Shown piece by piece: positions 1 through 10,231 of a stretch of 64,000 nucleotides of DNA. The stretch covers positions 33,972-97,971 of the forward strand of contig JAZDPL010000089.1 of assembly GCA_043797665.1 (NCBI GenBank). Reading direction: 5' to 3'. The translations under genes and the position numbers were made by a program. The notes under the pieces are model-generated. The model worked only from the letters and a program-made list of their open reading frames with translations, had not been told where the DNA came from and did no database searches. This stretch comes from Candidatus Omnitrophota bacterium (GTDB taxonomy: Bacteria > Ratteibacteria > UBA8468 > MWAK01). Numbering within the stretch: the stretch's first letter is position 1; the number at the start of each line of letters is the position of its first letter.

Positions 1-500
1 GCGACTATATCACTGATTGGACTATCAGACTGGCTGGAGAACAGAACCTGGTTATAGCGGTCCACACCGGCTACTGGGGAGACTTTCGTAATGTAGACCC
101 ACTCCATATGATTCCCTTGCTTCAACGTCATCCTAACGTCCGTTTTGACATTTATCACGCAGGATATCCCTGGGTAAGAGAAACCCTGATGTTAGGTAAA
201 GGGTTTTCCAACGTCTGGCTGAACTTCTGCTGGACTCACATCATCTCCCAACGGTTTGCCATGGCGGCTCTGGACGAAGCGCTTGACCTTGTTCCCATCA
301 ACAAGATTCTGGCTTTCGGCGGCGATTACGGGACACCGGTAGAAAAGGTTTATGGTCACCTCCAGATGGCACGCGAAGACATCGCTAAAATTCTGGCAAA
401 ACGAATTAATGAAAACCAGATGAAAGAAGCAGAGGCTCTGAAAATAGCCCATCAATGGTTCTGGGAAAATCCCAAAGAGTTGTACCATTTGAAAGTATAG
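1..500 (+). CDS. Amidohydrolase_2-family (TIM-barrel metallohydrolase) protein, 5'-truncated by the window edge
   Basis: The frame is open from the window start. It has HTG, DIYHAGYP and FGGDY motifs typical of the amidohydrolase superfamily. Confidence 0.75.
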   Translation, partial: DYITDWTIRLAGEQNLVIAVHTGYWGDFRNVDPLHMIPLLQRHPNVRFDIYHAGYPWVRETLMLGKGFSNVWLNFCWTHIISQRFAMAALDEALDLVPINKILAFGGDYGTPVEKVYGHLQMAREDIAKILAKRINENQMKEAEALKIAHQWFWENPKELYHLKV

Positions 501-524
501 CAATCCCTATTTTTTCTCCCCCCT

Positions 525-3500
525 GTGACCCTGACACAAGTTTTCAAGCGACTGGCAAAGACAAAAACCTTTCAGGAAACCCTTTCTTTAATTGCCAAAT
601 CAGAAAAAACCGTTTATCTCTCAGGGTTGGCTGGCTCCTCCCGCAGCCTGTTTACCGCCGCCCTGTTTTCAAAATTACGTACGTTCCCAAAAACCCTACT
701 CATAACACCCAACGTAGAGAGCGCCAGCCGGGCTTACGGTGACCTGCAAACGTTTCTGCCTTCTAAAAATGTCGCCTACTTTCCTTTCAGTGAGGTACTT
801 CCTGACGAAGGACTTACCCCCCAATCTGACATTGGGGTCCCCGCGCCGCCTGAGGGATTGCCGAACAATAAAGTTGACCATTTGCCAGAGGCGATTTTGG
901 AACGAGACAAGGAGCGAAGAAGATTGCGTACCCCCTGTGGTACGGAAGCAATGAGCGACGCAGTCGCAGCCCAAAAGCGACCTGGCCCTTCGGGGAGTCC
1001 CATCTTTAGGTCATTGCGTCGTTGCTCCTCGGCTATGTGCCACAGTGGGCACAGAGCCTTCGTCGCGCCTTGCACTGACCTCAAATCCGGAACTCCAAAT
1101 AGTCAACTTTATTGTTCGGCAATCCCTGAGGTTGAAAGCCAGCGCCTTGAGGTACTTAATCAGATGTCGGCTAACGAAAAGGAACCCCTTCTGGTCGTGG
1201 CGCCAATTCAGGCAGTAATCCCGCCGTTACCCACTCCGAAAGTCCTCAAGGAACATACTATCAGCCTCAAACTCAGACAGCCCTTAGACCGCAGCCGTTT
1301 CATTGAGAAGATGGTGGCTTGTGGTTATCAGAGGGCGGAATTAGTCACGGAAGCCGGCCAGTTTGCAATCCGGGGCGGTATTATCGACCTTTTTCCGACC
1401 ACCCGGGAACGACCCCTCCGGATTGAACTCTCCGGCAACAAAATTATCTCCTTGCGGTACTTTAATCCGGAGACCCAGTTGAGTTACGAACCAACCGGTT
1501 CGGTCACCATCCTTCCCGTAACCGAAAAAGGACTGATGCCTCCGGAAAATGCCGGTTTCTTTCTGGAATATTTTCCGCCGGGAACCCTGCTGGTATTGTG
1601 GGAATTGCCGAATATCCTTACGGAAGAGAAAACTTTCTTCAGAAAGACGAACTTTCCTATTATCAGCCTCTCCTCTAATCCCCCTTCTTCCCCCTTTACA
1701 AAAGGGGGATTTGAGGGGGATTTAAAAGGAGAATCGTTCCACACGGAAAGCGTAACCCGGTTCAGTCTGAAAGGACCGGTTACCTTGCCGGATATCTGGC
1801 AGAAAGAACCCCTCCTCATCTTCTGCCGGAACGAAAGCCAATCCAAAAGGTTAAAAGAAGTTCTGGCGGAGCGCCGGTTAAGACTGCATCCGGAAAGCGT
1901 TGTTGACATCGGCTATCTTGCCGAAGGTTTTTCCTTTCCCGCAATCGGATTAACCTGCCTCTCCGACTCGGAAATCTTCGGCCGATACCGCTCCTTCCGG
2001 CCCGGGCTGAAACCCTTCTTCCAATCCCCGGCGATTCATACCACGGAAGAGATTAAACCCGGCAACTACGTCGTACATCTCAACGAAGGCATCGGAAAAT
2101 TTCTGGGTATCAGCCATCTCAAGGTAGACGAAAAGAAGGAAGAAGTGCTGAAGATTGAGTATGCAGAAGGTATGCTGCTTTACGTGCCGGTCAACCAGAT
2201 TAATCTGGTCCATCGCTACGCGGGTGCGGAAAAACCTCCTGTACTCTCCCGGTTAGGCGGTCGTACCTGGCTCAAAACCCGGGAACGGGTAAAGGAAGGG
2301 ATACGGGATTTAGCCAGCGACCTGCTGAGAATCTATCAGTACCGAAAAGAGAAGAAAGGGTTAGCCTACCCTCCGGATTCCGCCTGGCAGACCGAATTTG
2401 AAGGTGAATTTATTTACGAAGAGACACCGGACCAGTTAACCGTGACCAAAGAAGTAAAAGAAGACCTTCAATCCCCTAAACCGATGGACCGGCTCATCTG
2501 CGGGGACGTCGGTTACGGAAAGACCGAAGTGGCGATGCGGGCCGCCTTTAAAGTGGTAGAGACCGGGAAACAGGTGTCTCTCCTGTGCCCGACCACGATT
2601 CTCGCCGAACAGCACCTGCGGACCTTCCGCGAACGATTTGCCGACTTTCCGGTCCGGATTGAGAACTTATCCCGGTTCCGCAGTCAGGAAGAACAGAAAG
2701 CAATCGTTATTGACCTGGCGGAAGGCAAGATTGAAATCATTATCGGCACCCACCGGCTTTTCAGTAAGGATATCCGGTTCAAAGACTTAGGTTTGTGGAT
2801 TGTTGACGAGGAACAGCGCTTTGGCGTCACCCATAAAGAACGTTTACGGGCGCGCTGGCCGGAGATTGACATCCTAACCCTTTCCGCCACGCCGATTCCC
2901 CGGACGATGCAGTTATCCCTCTCTGGCATCCGGGACCTTTCCGTAATTGAAACACCTCCGGCCGGAAGGCAGGCAATCCTGACCTTCCTCTCGCCTTACC
3001 GGGAAGACCTGATTGTGAAGTCCTGCCAGCGCGAATTAGAACGTTCCGGACAGGTCTTCTTCGTCCACAACCGGATAGAAAACATTGACCGCATCGCCGA
3101 CCGTTTAAGGAATCTCATACCGGAGGCAGAAATTGCGACTGCCCACGGTCAGATGGAAGAAAAGGACCTGGCCGGAGTAATGGACCGGTTTTTAGACCAG
3201 AAAATAGACATCCTGGTATCCACCTCCATCGTGGAATCCGGTCTGGACATTCCCACCGCCAACACTATCATCATCAACAACAGCCAGAACTTCGGTTTAG
3301 CAGACCTTTACCAGTTACGGGGCCGGGTCGGCCGGTACAAAAGCCAGGCGTATTGTTATCTCCTCTATAACCCGGCGGAAGTACTCACCGAGGAGGCGCG
3401 TAAAAGGCTTACCGCAATGGAAGAATTCAGCCGGTTGGGCAGCGGCTTGCGTCTGGCTTTAGCAGACCTGGAGATACGCGGGGCGGGAAACATTCTGGGC

Positions 3501-3794
3501 AGGGAACAACACGGCTTCATTGAAGCGGTTGGTTTCTATCTCTATAGCCAGTTATTCCGGGAGGCGGTGGCAGAACTGACCGGTCAAAAGGTAAAAAGTG
3601 AAGTCAATATTTCCAAGATAAAAGGCGTCCTTCCGGAAGAGTATATCCCGTCAGAGATGGTACGCCTCTCCTTGTACCGCCGCATCTTTGGCCTTTCCGA
3701 AGATGCCGAAAAAATGGCGCGGGAGATGGCAGACCGTTTCGGTCCGGTACCGGAAGAGACCCGCAAATTCCTCCGTTCCTTTACGCCAGGCTGA
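525..3794 (+). CDS. mfd: Transcription-repair coupling factor Mfd, carrying in-frame repeat insertions
   Basis: It has a UvrB-homology region (FAIRGGIIDLFP), a CarD-like RID (VVHLNEGIGKF), and SF2 motifs GDVGYGKT, DEEQRFGV, SATPIPRT and QLRGRVGR. The TRG motif DLEIRGAGNILG is present. Confidence 0.97.
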   Translation: MTLTQVFKRLAKTKTFQETLSLIAKSEKTVYLSGLAGSSRSLFTAALFSKLRTFPKTLLITPNVESASRAYGDLQTFLPSKNVAYFPFSEVLPDEGLTPQSDIGVPAPPEGLPNNKVDHLPEAILERDKERRRLRTPCGTEAMSDAVAAQKRPGPSGSPIFRSLRRCSSAMCHSGHRAFVAPCTDLKSGTPNSQLYCSAIPEVESQRLEVLNQMSANEKEPLLVVAPIQAVIPPLPTPKVLKEHTISLKLRQPLDRSRFIEKMVACGYQRAELVTEAGQFAIRGGIIDLFPTTRERPLRIELSGNKIISLRYFNPETQLSYEPTGSVTILPVTEKGLMPPENAGFFLEYFPPGTLLVLWELPNILTEEKTFFRKTNFPIISLSSNPPSSPFTKGGFEGDLKGESFHTESVTRFSLKGPVTLPDIWQKEPLLIFCRNESQSKRLKEVLAERRLRLHPESVVDIGYLAEGFSFPAIGLTCLSDSEIFGRYRSFRPGLKPFFQSPAIHTTEEIKPGNYVVHLNEGIGKFLGISHLKVDEKKEEVLKIEYAEGMLLYVPVNQINLVHRYAGAEKPPVLSRLGGRTWLKTRERVKEGIRDLASDLLRIYQYRKEKKGLAYPPDSAWQTEFEGEFIYEETPDQLTVTKEVKEDLQSPKPMDRLICGDVGYGKTEVAMRAAFKVVETGKQVSLLCPTTILAEQHLRTFRERFADFPVRIENLSRFRSQEEQKAIVIDLAEGKIEIIIGTHRLFSKDIRFKDLGLWIVDEEQRFGVTHKERLRARWPEIDILTLSATPIPRTMQLSLSGIRDLSVIETPPAGRQAILTFLSPYREDLIVKSCQRELERSGQVFFVHNRIENIDRIADRLRNLIPEAEIATAHGQMEEKDLAGVMDRFLDQKIDILVSTSIVESGLDIPTANTIIINNSQNFGLADLYQLRGRVGRYKSQAYCYLLYNPAEVLTEEARKRLTAMEEFSRLGSGLRLALADLEIRGAGNILGREQHGFIEAVGFYLYSQLFREAVAELTGQKVKSEVNISKIKGVLPEEYIPSEMVRLSLYRRIFGLSEDAEKMAREMADRFGPVPEETRKFLRSFTPG
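854..1126. mobile_element. MITE (273 bp) inserted in frame in mfd
   Basis: Terminal inverted repeats of 31 bp with 1 mismatch (GGGATTGCCGAACAATAAAGTTGAC... / ...GTCAACTTTATTGTTCGGCAATCCC). TGA is duplicated at 851-853 and 1127-1129. Confidence 0.9.
1677..1722. repeat. CCCCCTTT..AAAGGGGG palindromic repeat translated inside mfd
   Basis: The sequence aatcccccttcttccccctttacaaaagggggatttgagggggatt belongs to the same family as 57042-57115. Confidence 0.8.
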
Positions 3795-3818
3795 AATTTT
3801 TGGTATAATAAGTTTGTG

Positions 3819-3909
3819 TGTCATTCTGAGCGTAGCGAAGAATCTCATCCTTAGATCCTTCACTACCCTTTCCCATCCGAGGGAAAGGGAACCCGCGTTC
3901 AGGATGACA
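3819..3909. repeat. TGTCAT(T/C)CTGA...TCAG(G/A)ATGACA intergenic palindromic repeat
   Basis: It has terminal inverted repeats, with related copies at ~15340-15442, 56323-56410 and 58533-58626. Confidence 0.85.
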
Positions 3910-3922
3910 TCTATACGTTCCT

Positions 3923-3994
3923 GGGGCAGTAGTTTAGTGGGAAAACACTGGAATCGCACTCCAGAGACCGAGGGTTCAAATCCCTTCTGCTCCA
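3923..3994 (+). tRNA. tRNA-Ala(CGC), CCA not encoded
   Basis: Acceptor stem GGGGCAG/CTGCTCC has the G3:U70 alanine identity pair. Anticodon stem CTGGA/TCCAG encloses loop ATCGCAC, and the T-loop reads GGTTCAAATCC. Confidence 0.9.
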
Positions 3995-4008
3995 CTTCCC
4001 TATTTTTA

Positions 4009-5736
4009 CTATTCTCTGAGGAATTGCTTGTTGAATGTTTTTTCGGTAATTTCAATCACGGTGGGACGGCCGTGCGGACAGGTAAAAGGGTCCCGGCAGT
4101 TCACCAGTTCGTTACGCAGATATTCCGCCTCTTCTTTATTAGAAGCATCACCCGCCATAACTGACTGACGGCAGGCACGCCGTACCAGGGAATCGTTACT
4201 GCAATTGGCAAGGTTCTCGCCGGAAAGAAGGTTGCGTATTGCCGGCTCCACGCTGGTAATCACCTGGGGATGGGAATGGACGCCGATATGCTCCTTGTCC
4301 CACAAGGTACTGGCAAACCCGATATCACCCAACCTCTCCTTCCCCTCCTCCCAACTTACCATTTCGGCCGGGGAAAGGTTGATTACGGACGGCACGAGCA
4401 GATGCTGCACCCTGACGGTACCGGTCTCAATCTCCAATTTCAGCTTTTCATAGGTAATCCGTTCGTGCGCCGAATGCTGGTCAATAATCAGGAGGGAATT
4501 ATCGGTCTCAAAGAAGAGGTATTTGTTCCGGAAGACTCCAAGATACCGGCTGTTTATCAGTTTAGACTTCAGGCTGCCGGCGCCGGAGTCCTCCCTGATT
4601 CCTTCTCCTTTCGGGAAATCTTCCTGACCCGGAAGAGATGCCTGGGTAAGGGGTATTTCAGACCCGGGCACCGGATAAGATACGGAACCGGAGGGTGACG
4701 TCTTTACGTCCGGGAATATAACCTCCCTGACCTGTTTTGCCTGCCCCATAGATACCAGGACTTCCTGACAGAGAAAATGAAGTCTGGAGGCAAGGAGGTT
4801 TTCGTCTTTTATCTTAACCTCGCGCTTGGCAGGGTGAATGTTGACGTCCACCGCTTCCGGAGGTACGGTGATATCCAGGATAAAGAAGGGGTACGATTCC
4901 GGAGGCAGGATGCTCCGGTACATTTTATTGATGACAAAACTGACGTTGTCGTGCTGGACCGGCCTGCGGTTGACAAAGACGAACTGTAAATCCCTCCTTG
5001 GTCTCTGAATGTTGATGTCGCCCAGAATCAAATGCAGGGAAACCTGACGGTCCGGGAACTCCTTTCCGGTCTCCAACAAAGATTCCCGGGGCAGGTTCAA
5101 AACCCGGCTGACCCGGTTTATCCGGTTCTCTTCCGGTAAGAGTTCCAGTACATTTTTTGATTCGTGCCAGAGGATGAACTGATATTCCGGATAGATAATC
5201 GTGTAAGGGATAAAAATATTGAGAATCTGCTTGAATTCGGTAGCGTCGGCCTTTAAAAATTTCCGCCGCGCCGGTGTATTGAAGAAGATCTCCTGAACTT
5301 CAATCTCCGTACCTACCGGCATACTAACGGTCCGGAGGCTTATCCTTTCGCCACCCCGCAGGTGCATCTCCAGACCGGTATCGGAGCCTTTCGTCCGGCT
5401 CCGTAACGTAACGTCGGATACCGCCGCAATACTGTAGAGCGCCTCTCCCCGGAATCCCAAGGATTTGACGGTGTAAAGGTCTTCGGCCCGGGATATCTTG
5501 CTGGTGGCGTGGCGCAAAAAGATTTTCTCCAGGTCGTCCGGCTCAATGCCGTCACCGGAATCCTTTACCTGAATGAAGGTCTTGCCGGACTTCTTGACCT
5601 TAACCTCCAACGTCTTAGCCCCGGCATCAAGACTGTTCTCAACCAGTTCTTTGACGACTGACGCGGGCCGTTCCACAACCTCGCCGGCGGCAATCTTGCC
5701 GGCTACCTCAGGCGGCAGCAGATTTACTTTTCCCAT
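4009..5736 (-). CDS. mutL: DNA mismatch repair endonuclease MutL
   Basis: Motifs IAAGEVVERPASVVKELVENSLDA, GFRGEAL, DQHSAHERITYE and CPHGRP. Confidence 0.98.
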   Translation of the reverse strand: MGKVNLLPPEVAGKIAAGEVVERPASVVKELVENSLDAGAKTLEVKVKKSGKTFIQVKDSGDGIEPDDLEKIFLRHATSKISRAEDLYTVKSLGFRGEALYSIAAVSDVTLRSRTKGSDTGLEMHLRGGERISLRTVSMPVGTEIEVQEIFFNTPARRKFLKADATEFKQILNIFIPYTIIYPEYQFILWHESKNVLELLPEENRINRVSRVLNLPRESLLETGKEFPDRQVSLHLILGDINIQRPRRDLQFVFVNRRPVQHDNVSFVINKMYRSILPPESYPFFILDITVPPEAVDVNIHPAKREVKIKDENLLASRLHFLCQEVLVSMGQAKQVREVIFPDVKTSPSGSVSYPVPGSEIPLTQASLPGQEDFPKGEGIREDSGAGSLKSKLINSRYLGVFRNKYLFFETDNSLLIIDQHSAHERITYEKLKLEIETGTVRVQHLLVPSVINLSPAEMVSWEEGKERLGDIGFASTLWDKEHIGVHSHPQVITSVEPAIRNLLSGENLANCSNDSLVRRACRQSVMAGDASNKEEAEYLRNELVNCRDPFTCPHGRPTVIEITEKTFNKQFLRE

Positions 5737-8323
5737 TCTTAGGGGTCCCTTTAATCTTTTCTTTCCATTCGGCTATCTTGTTCAATGCGGTCAGGGGAGT
5801 AAGGGAATTCAGGTCAAGGTTCGCCATCTCTTCCTCAATCTCTTTCAGGCTCTTTATCCCCTCCACCACCGGGTCTTCCGGAAATTCCCGCTCCAGAAAA
5901 AGAGGTAACTGAGTTCCGGTGGAGGTACGGCTGCGCATCTTCTGTTCCAGGTCATTCTGCATTTCTAATTTCCTCAATATCTGCTGGGAGCGCTTGATTA
6001 CTTCTTTCGGAATACCGGCTAATTTTGCCACGTAGATTCCGTAACTATCGTCCGTGCCCCCGGGGATAATCCTGTGGAGGAAAACGATCTCTTTTCCCCA
6101 CTCTTTCACCTCAACGTTATAGTTCTTCACGCCCGGATACTCCTCAGCCAGTACGGTGAGTTCGTGAAAGTGGGTGGCAAAGAGGGTTTTGACCCGGTGC
6201 TTTTGCAAATACTCAGCCACCGCCCAGGCAAGGCTCAGTCCGTCGTAGGTGCTGGTACCCCGGCCAATCTCATCCAGAACCACTAAACTCCTCTCGGAAA
6301 GGTTATTGAGAATTCCCGCGGTCTCGCTCATCTCCACCATAAAGGTGCTCTGCCCCCGGCTGATTTCATCGTGAGCCCCAATCCGGGTGAATATCTTGTC
6401 CACCATTCCGATAGAAGCGGACGAAGCCGGAATATAACTGCCCATCTGCGCCAGAATTACCAGAATGGCAACCTGCCGGATATAGGTGGACTTGCCGGAC
6501 ATATTGGGACCGGTGATGACCAGAAGGTGGTTCTCCTGGCAGTCCAGGAGCGCATCGTTGGGAACAAAGGGCTCAAGAGAAACTTTTTCCACCACCGGGT
6601 GCCTGCCATCCCTGATAATGAGTTCTTTGCCTTCGGTTATCTCCGGTAAAACGTAACCGGGCTGTAAAGCAATCCGGCTCAGGGAATAAATAACGTCCAT
6701 TTCTGCAATTCTGGTACTCAAGGTATGCAATGGGACAGAATTGTCCAGCACCATCTTCTGAAGAACCCGTAAAATCTCCGCCTCAATCCGGATGATATCC
6801 TCCTGAGCGGTGAGCATCTTCTCTTCAAACTCCTTAAGCGCCGGGGTGATAAACCGTTCCCCGTTCACCAGGGTCTGCTTCCGGATATAGTCGGCAGGAA
6901 CAAGATGGAGGTTCGGCTTGCTCACCTCTATGTAGTAACCGAAGACCCGGTTATAACCGACCTTCAGGGAATTGATGCCGGTCCGTTTTATCTCTTCTGC
7001 CTGAAGTTTCTTCAGCCCCTGCCGGCCATGCTCCTGAATGTCCCTGAGATAATCCAATTCTTTGTGGTAACCGGTCCGGATAGACTTGCCTTCAGCGTTG
7101 GCCAAGGGCATCTCCGGATTGATTGACTCCTCCAGAACCGTCCGCAGAGCCGGTATATCCTCCAGGAGGAAAAACCGGTTCTTTTGTACCAGAGGCGTAA
7201 GAACCTTTTCAATCTCCGGCACACGGACCAGCACGTTACGCAGGGCAAGCAGGTCTTTGGCAACAGCGTAACCGCAACTGATGCGGGAAAGATTCTTTTC
7301 CATGTCCGGCATATTACGCAAAAGCCGCACCAGACCTTCCTGAACTTCAGGGCTTTCACGTAATAGGGAAACCGCCTGCTGGCGTTTCTGAATCGCTTTC
7401 TTCTCTTTCAGGGGATGATAAGACCACGCTCTTAACTTCCGCTTACCCAACGGCGTCAGGGTATGGTCAATGGTCCTGACCAAAACCTCTAATTCCAGCC
7501 CGTAACAGGCGGCCGGCGAGATGAAGAGATAGTCACTATCGGTATAAACGGACAGCCGGTCCACGTGGAGCATCGGCTGGCGGTTCATCTCTTTTAAATA
7601 CTCCAAAAGTGCACCCGCACCTGCAACCGCCAAGGGAATGTCATTAATGCCGAATCCGCCCAAACCCTGGGTGTGAAAATGTTCGCAGAGTGACTTTTCC
7701 GCCATCTCCGGATTAAAAACCCAATCCATGTAGGGAGTCAGGGTGAAACCTTTCCCTTTCAAAAGAGGCTGATCAAGAATTTCTTTTACGCTGTCTTCCT
7801 CTCCCACCGGGAAAATAATTTCTGAAACGGATAGTTTGGCAATCACTTCCATCGCTTTCTCTATTTCCGGATATTGATTGACGTGGATGGTTCCGATAGC
7901 CGGGTCAACAAACGCCAGGCCGACTCCGTTTTTATCCCTGGACAGAGCAAGAAGATAACGGGATTCAAAACTGTTTTCGTCAATAAAGGTGCCGGAGGTT
8001 ACGATGCGGACAATGCCGCGCTTGACCAGACCCTTAGCCTGCGCCGGGTCTTCCACCTGTTCGCAGATGGCGACCTTGAATCCGGCTTTGATGAGTTTGG
8101 TGATATAGTTATCCGCCGCGTGGTAGGGTACGCCGCACATCGGCACCTTCCCGCTTTTAACGGAACGGCGTGCGGTAAGGACCAAATCCAGTATCTGGGA
8201 GGCTTTCTTGGCGTCCTCATAAAACATTTCATAAAAATCACCCAGACGGAAGAAGAGAATACAATCCGGATAACTGGCTTTAACCTCGTGATACTGCTTC
8301 TGCATCGGGGTCAGGTTTTCCAT
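5708..8323 (-). CDS. mutS: DNA mismatch repair protein MutS
   Basis: Motifs TPMQKQY, GDFYEMF, GPNMSGKST, STFMVEM and DEIGRGT. Confidence 0.98.
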   Translation of the reverse strand: MENLTPMQKQYHEVKASYPDCILFFRLGDFYEMFYEDAKKASQILDLVLTARRSVKSGKVPMCGVPYHAADNYITKLIKAGFKVAICEQVEDPAQAKGLVKRGIVRIVTSGTFIDENSFESRYLLALSRDKNGVGLAFVDPAIGTIHVNQYPEIEKAMEVIAKLSVSEIIFPVGEEDSVKEILDQPLLKGKGFTLTPYMDWVFNPEMAEKSLCEHFHTQGLGGFGINDIPLAVAGAGALLEYLKEMNRQPMLHVDRLSVYTDSDYLFISPAACYGLELEVLVRTIDHTLTPLGKRKLRAWSYHPLKEKKAIQKRQQAVSLLRESPEVQEGLVRLLRNMPDMEKNLSRISCGYAVAKDLLALRNVLVRVPEIEKVLTPLVQKNRFFLLEDIPALRTVLEESINPEMPLANAEGKSIRTGYHKELDYLRDIQEHGRQGLKKLQAEEIKRTGINSLKVGYNRVFGYYIEVSKPNLHLVPADYIRKQTLVNGERFITPALKEFEEKMLTAQEDIIRIEAEILRVLQKMVLDNSVPLHTLSTRIAEMDVIYSLSRIALQPGYVLPEITEGKELIIRDGRHPVVEKVSLEPFVPNDALLDCQENHLLVITGPNMSGKSTYIRQVAILVILAQMGSYIPASSASIGMVDKIFTRIGAHDEISRGQSTFMVEMSETAGILNNLSERSLVVLDEIGRGTSTYDGLSLAWAVAEYLQKHRVKTLFATHFHELTVLAEEYPGVKNYNVEVKEWGKEIVFLHRIIPGGTDDSYGIYVAKLAGIPKEVIKRSQQILRKLEMQNDLEQKMRSRTSTGTQLPLFLEREFPEDPVVEGIKSLKEIEEEMANLDLNSLTPLTALNKIAEWKEKIKGTPKNGKSKSAAA

Positions 8324-8341
8324 ATTAATCTTTGGATTTAT

Positions 8342-10231
8342 TCAGAGGCGGCAGCGCCGGACCAGCCCGCGGTAAAAACGGTTCCACTCTCTAAAGCCGA
8401 ACAGATAAAAACAGAGAGCCAACGCCTCAACCCCAAACCAGGAGACGTTATGGGTGGCTTTAGCCAGGAGCCTTCCGGAAAGACCAAGGACCAGACCGGC
8501 AGAACTGAACAGAGTAAGGAGCCTCATTATCTGGCTGTTATACTCATTCCAGACATCAGAAGCGGAAGGAATCGCCGGGTCATTCTCCATCTCCCGGAAG
8601 ATATACTGCATCCAGACCGGATTGCTGAAGCGTTCCAGCCCGGACAGGATAAGCTGGCTCATTATACCATAAAACAGGTAAAAGAGCGGGAAGGCCAAAA
8701 TTGGCATATCCGGAGAGTATGTGGCGCTGTACCCGATGGCGTATAAAGATATCAGCAAAAGTAATTCGGTCCGCCGGAATGGCAACAAAGCACGCTGGCA
8801 GACGTTAAGCAAAGTGTGAAGTTCGGTACGCTGGGGAGCCCGTTCCGCCCGTTTCAAAACATCACTCAGCACCTTGTAAGCACCCGCCATGGTATTCCAC
8901 TCCAGAAGTCCCGGAAAAGTATTCTTTATAAAGTCCATCAGGGGTTGCCTTTCACTTTCCCGCAGCAGTCCTGCTTCCTTCAGCCGCTCAGCCTGAGCGG
9001 TAAAAACCCTCACTATTTCCTCCCGGTCAAGAGGCTGAAGGTTATTTACCAGGGGAGCCAGAGATTGTACCGCCGGTTCGTCCAGACCTAAATCATGATT
9101 CAAAAGATTGAGAATCTCCGCCTGTTTCCCTTCTTTTACCATCTGATAAACTTTAGGTTTCACCAGGCGGTACCGCTCCATCTTTTCCGGAAGGTATTCG
9201 GTACTGCGAAAGAGGTTGGTATAGGCACGTTCAAAGTTGCGCCAGCCGCGAACCGCTTTCGCCTCGTACACGGCCCGGAATTCTTCGGAGTCACGCAGCC
9301 TCTGGAGCCGGGAACCGGGCAGATTTTTGGTCATCCGCAACGAACGCCTCATATTCACGATTTCTGCCGGTACGCGTAAAAAGACCAGGGCGCCGGCGGC
9401 TAAGATATACCAGGTATTCCCTTTCAGCCTTTCCGCCACCCGGACAAAAACACTGGCGAGAACGGTAGCGCTCCCCAAATTGTAAAAAATCACCAGATGA
9501 ATTACGTGTCTTATTTCGGGTATCAAACCTTCTTCCGAATAGAAAGCACGCAGGTTCGGGCTTTTAAAACCATAAATTGCCTGCCGAAAGAAGTTCTTGG
9601 GATTGGGGCGGGTGGGTTTAATCTCCGTTTCGGTATAGGTTCTTAAAAGGCTCTCCAACTTAAATTTGCCCGACTTAATCAAAAGGCGGTTCCGGAAAGA
9701 AAAAAAATACTGGCGCCGTAACGCACAGAAGTAGGGCTTACTCTCATCATTATCCTTAAGCCAGGCGTAAAAACGGCCCCGGAAGGAACGCAGATTGAAC
9801 TGTCCGGTGTATCCTTCGGACACTAACGTTCCCTGGCCGGTCTGCCACCAGGAGAACTTAATTATCTCTCTCCAGGAAATATCCTCAACGGAATAAGCCC
9901 TCTTCGCTAAAAAATGGCGTAAGAACTCCGTCACAAGGTTGAAATTGGTGTAGATAAATAACCTTCGGGGGGTAGACAGAAACTTCTGTATCTGGTCAAC
10001 CAGAACGATATGACCTTTCAGCCGGCGGCTGAAGTAGACGGTGTAGGTACGACCTTCGGCGTCAGAAAAGAGATTCCGCCGAGATAAAAAGTAGGGGCTT
10101 GATTTATCAAGCCCGCGGGTCGGATGAATCCGACCCCTACATGAAAGACTTAATGCATTTGGATTGAGGAGAGTGGTTCCTAAAAACTGAGCCACCCTTT
10201 CCGCTGATTGCCGTGCTTCGTTGGGATTCAT
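8342..10231 (-). CDS. Hypothetical membrane protein, with an in-frame REP-like insert near the N-terminus
   Basis: 629-aa ORF with several hydrophobic segments, co-oriented with mutS. No family recognised. Confidence 0.6.
   Translation of the reverse strand: MNPNEARQSAERVAQFLGTTLLNPNALSLSCRGRIHPTRGLDKSSPYFLSRRNLFSDAEGRTYTVYFSRRLKGHIVLVDQIQKFLSTPRRLFIYTNFNLVTEFLRHFLAKRAYSVEDISWREIIKFSWWQTGQGTLVSEGYTGQFNLRSFRGRFYAWLKDNDESKPYFCALRRQYFFSFRNRLLIKSGKFKLESLLRTYTETEIKPTRPNPKNFFRQAIYGFKSPNLRAFYSEEGLIPEIRHVIHLVIFYNLGSATVLASVFVRVAERLKGNTWYILAAGALVFLRVPAEIVNMRRSLRMTKNLPGSRLQRLRDSEEFRAVYEAKAVRGWRNFERAYTNLFRSTEYLPEKMERYRLVKPKVYQMVKEGKQAEILNLLNHDLGLDEPAVQSLAPLVNNLQPLDREEIVRVFTAQAERLKEAGLLRESERQPLMDFIKNTFPGLLEWNTMAGAYKVLSDVLKRAERAPQRTELHTLLNVCQRALLPFRRTELLLLISLYAIGYSATYSPDMPILAFPLFYLFYGIMSQLILSGLERFSNPVWMQYIFREMENDPAIPSASDVWNEYNSQIMRLLTLFSSAGLVLGLSGRLLAKATHNVSWFGVEALALCFYLFGFREWNRFYRGLVRRCRL

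Noticed and set aside
854..1126. Intein or self-splicing intron in mfd
   Set aside because: There are no intein terminal motifs (C/S...HN) or recognisable intron core. Terminal inverted repeats plus a target duplication indicate a MITE.
3651..4164. ORFs 3651-4055(-) and 3688-4164(+)
   Set aside because: They are shadow frames across a palindromic repeat, tRNA-Ala and the mfd and mutL ends.
7874..8746. 290-aa + strand ORF and similar long antisense ORFs (12769-13203, 43849-44394)
   Set aside because: They lie antisense to well-supported genes and have no recognisable motifs.
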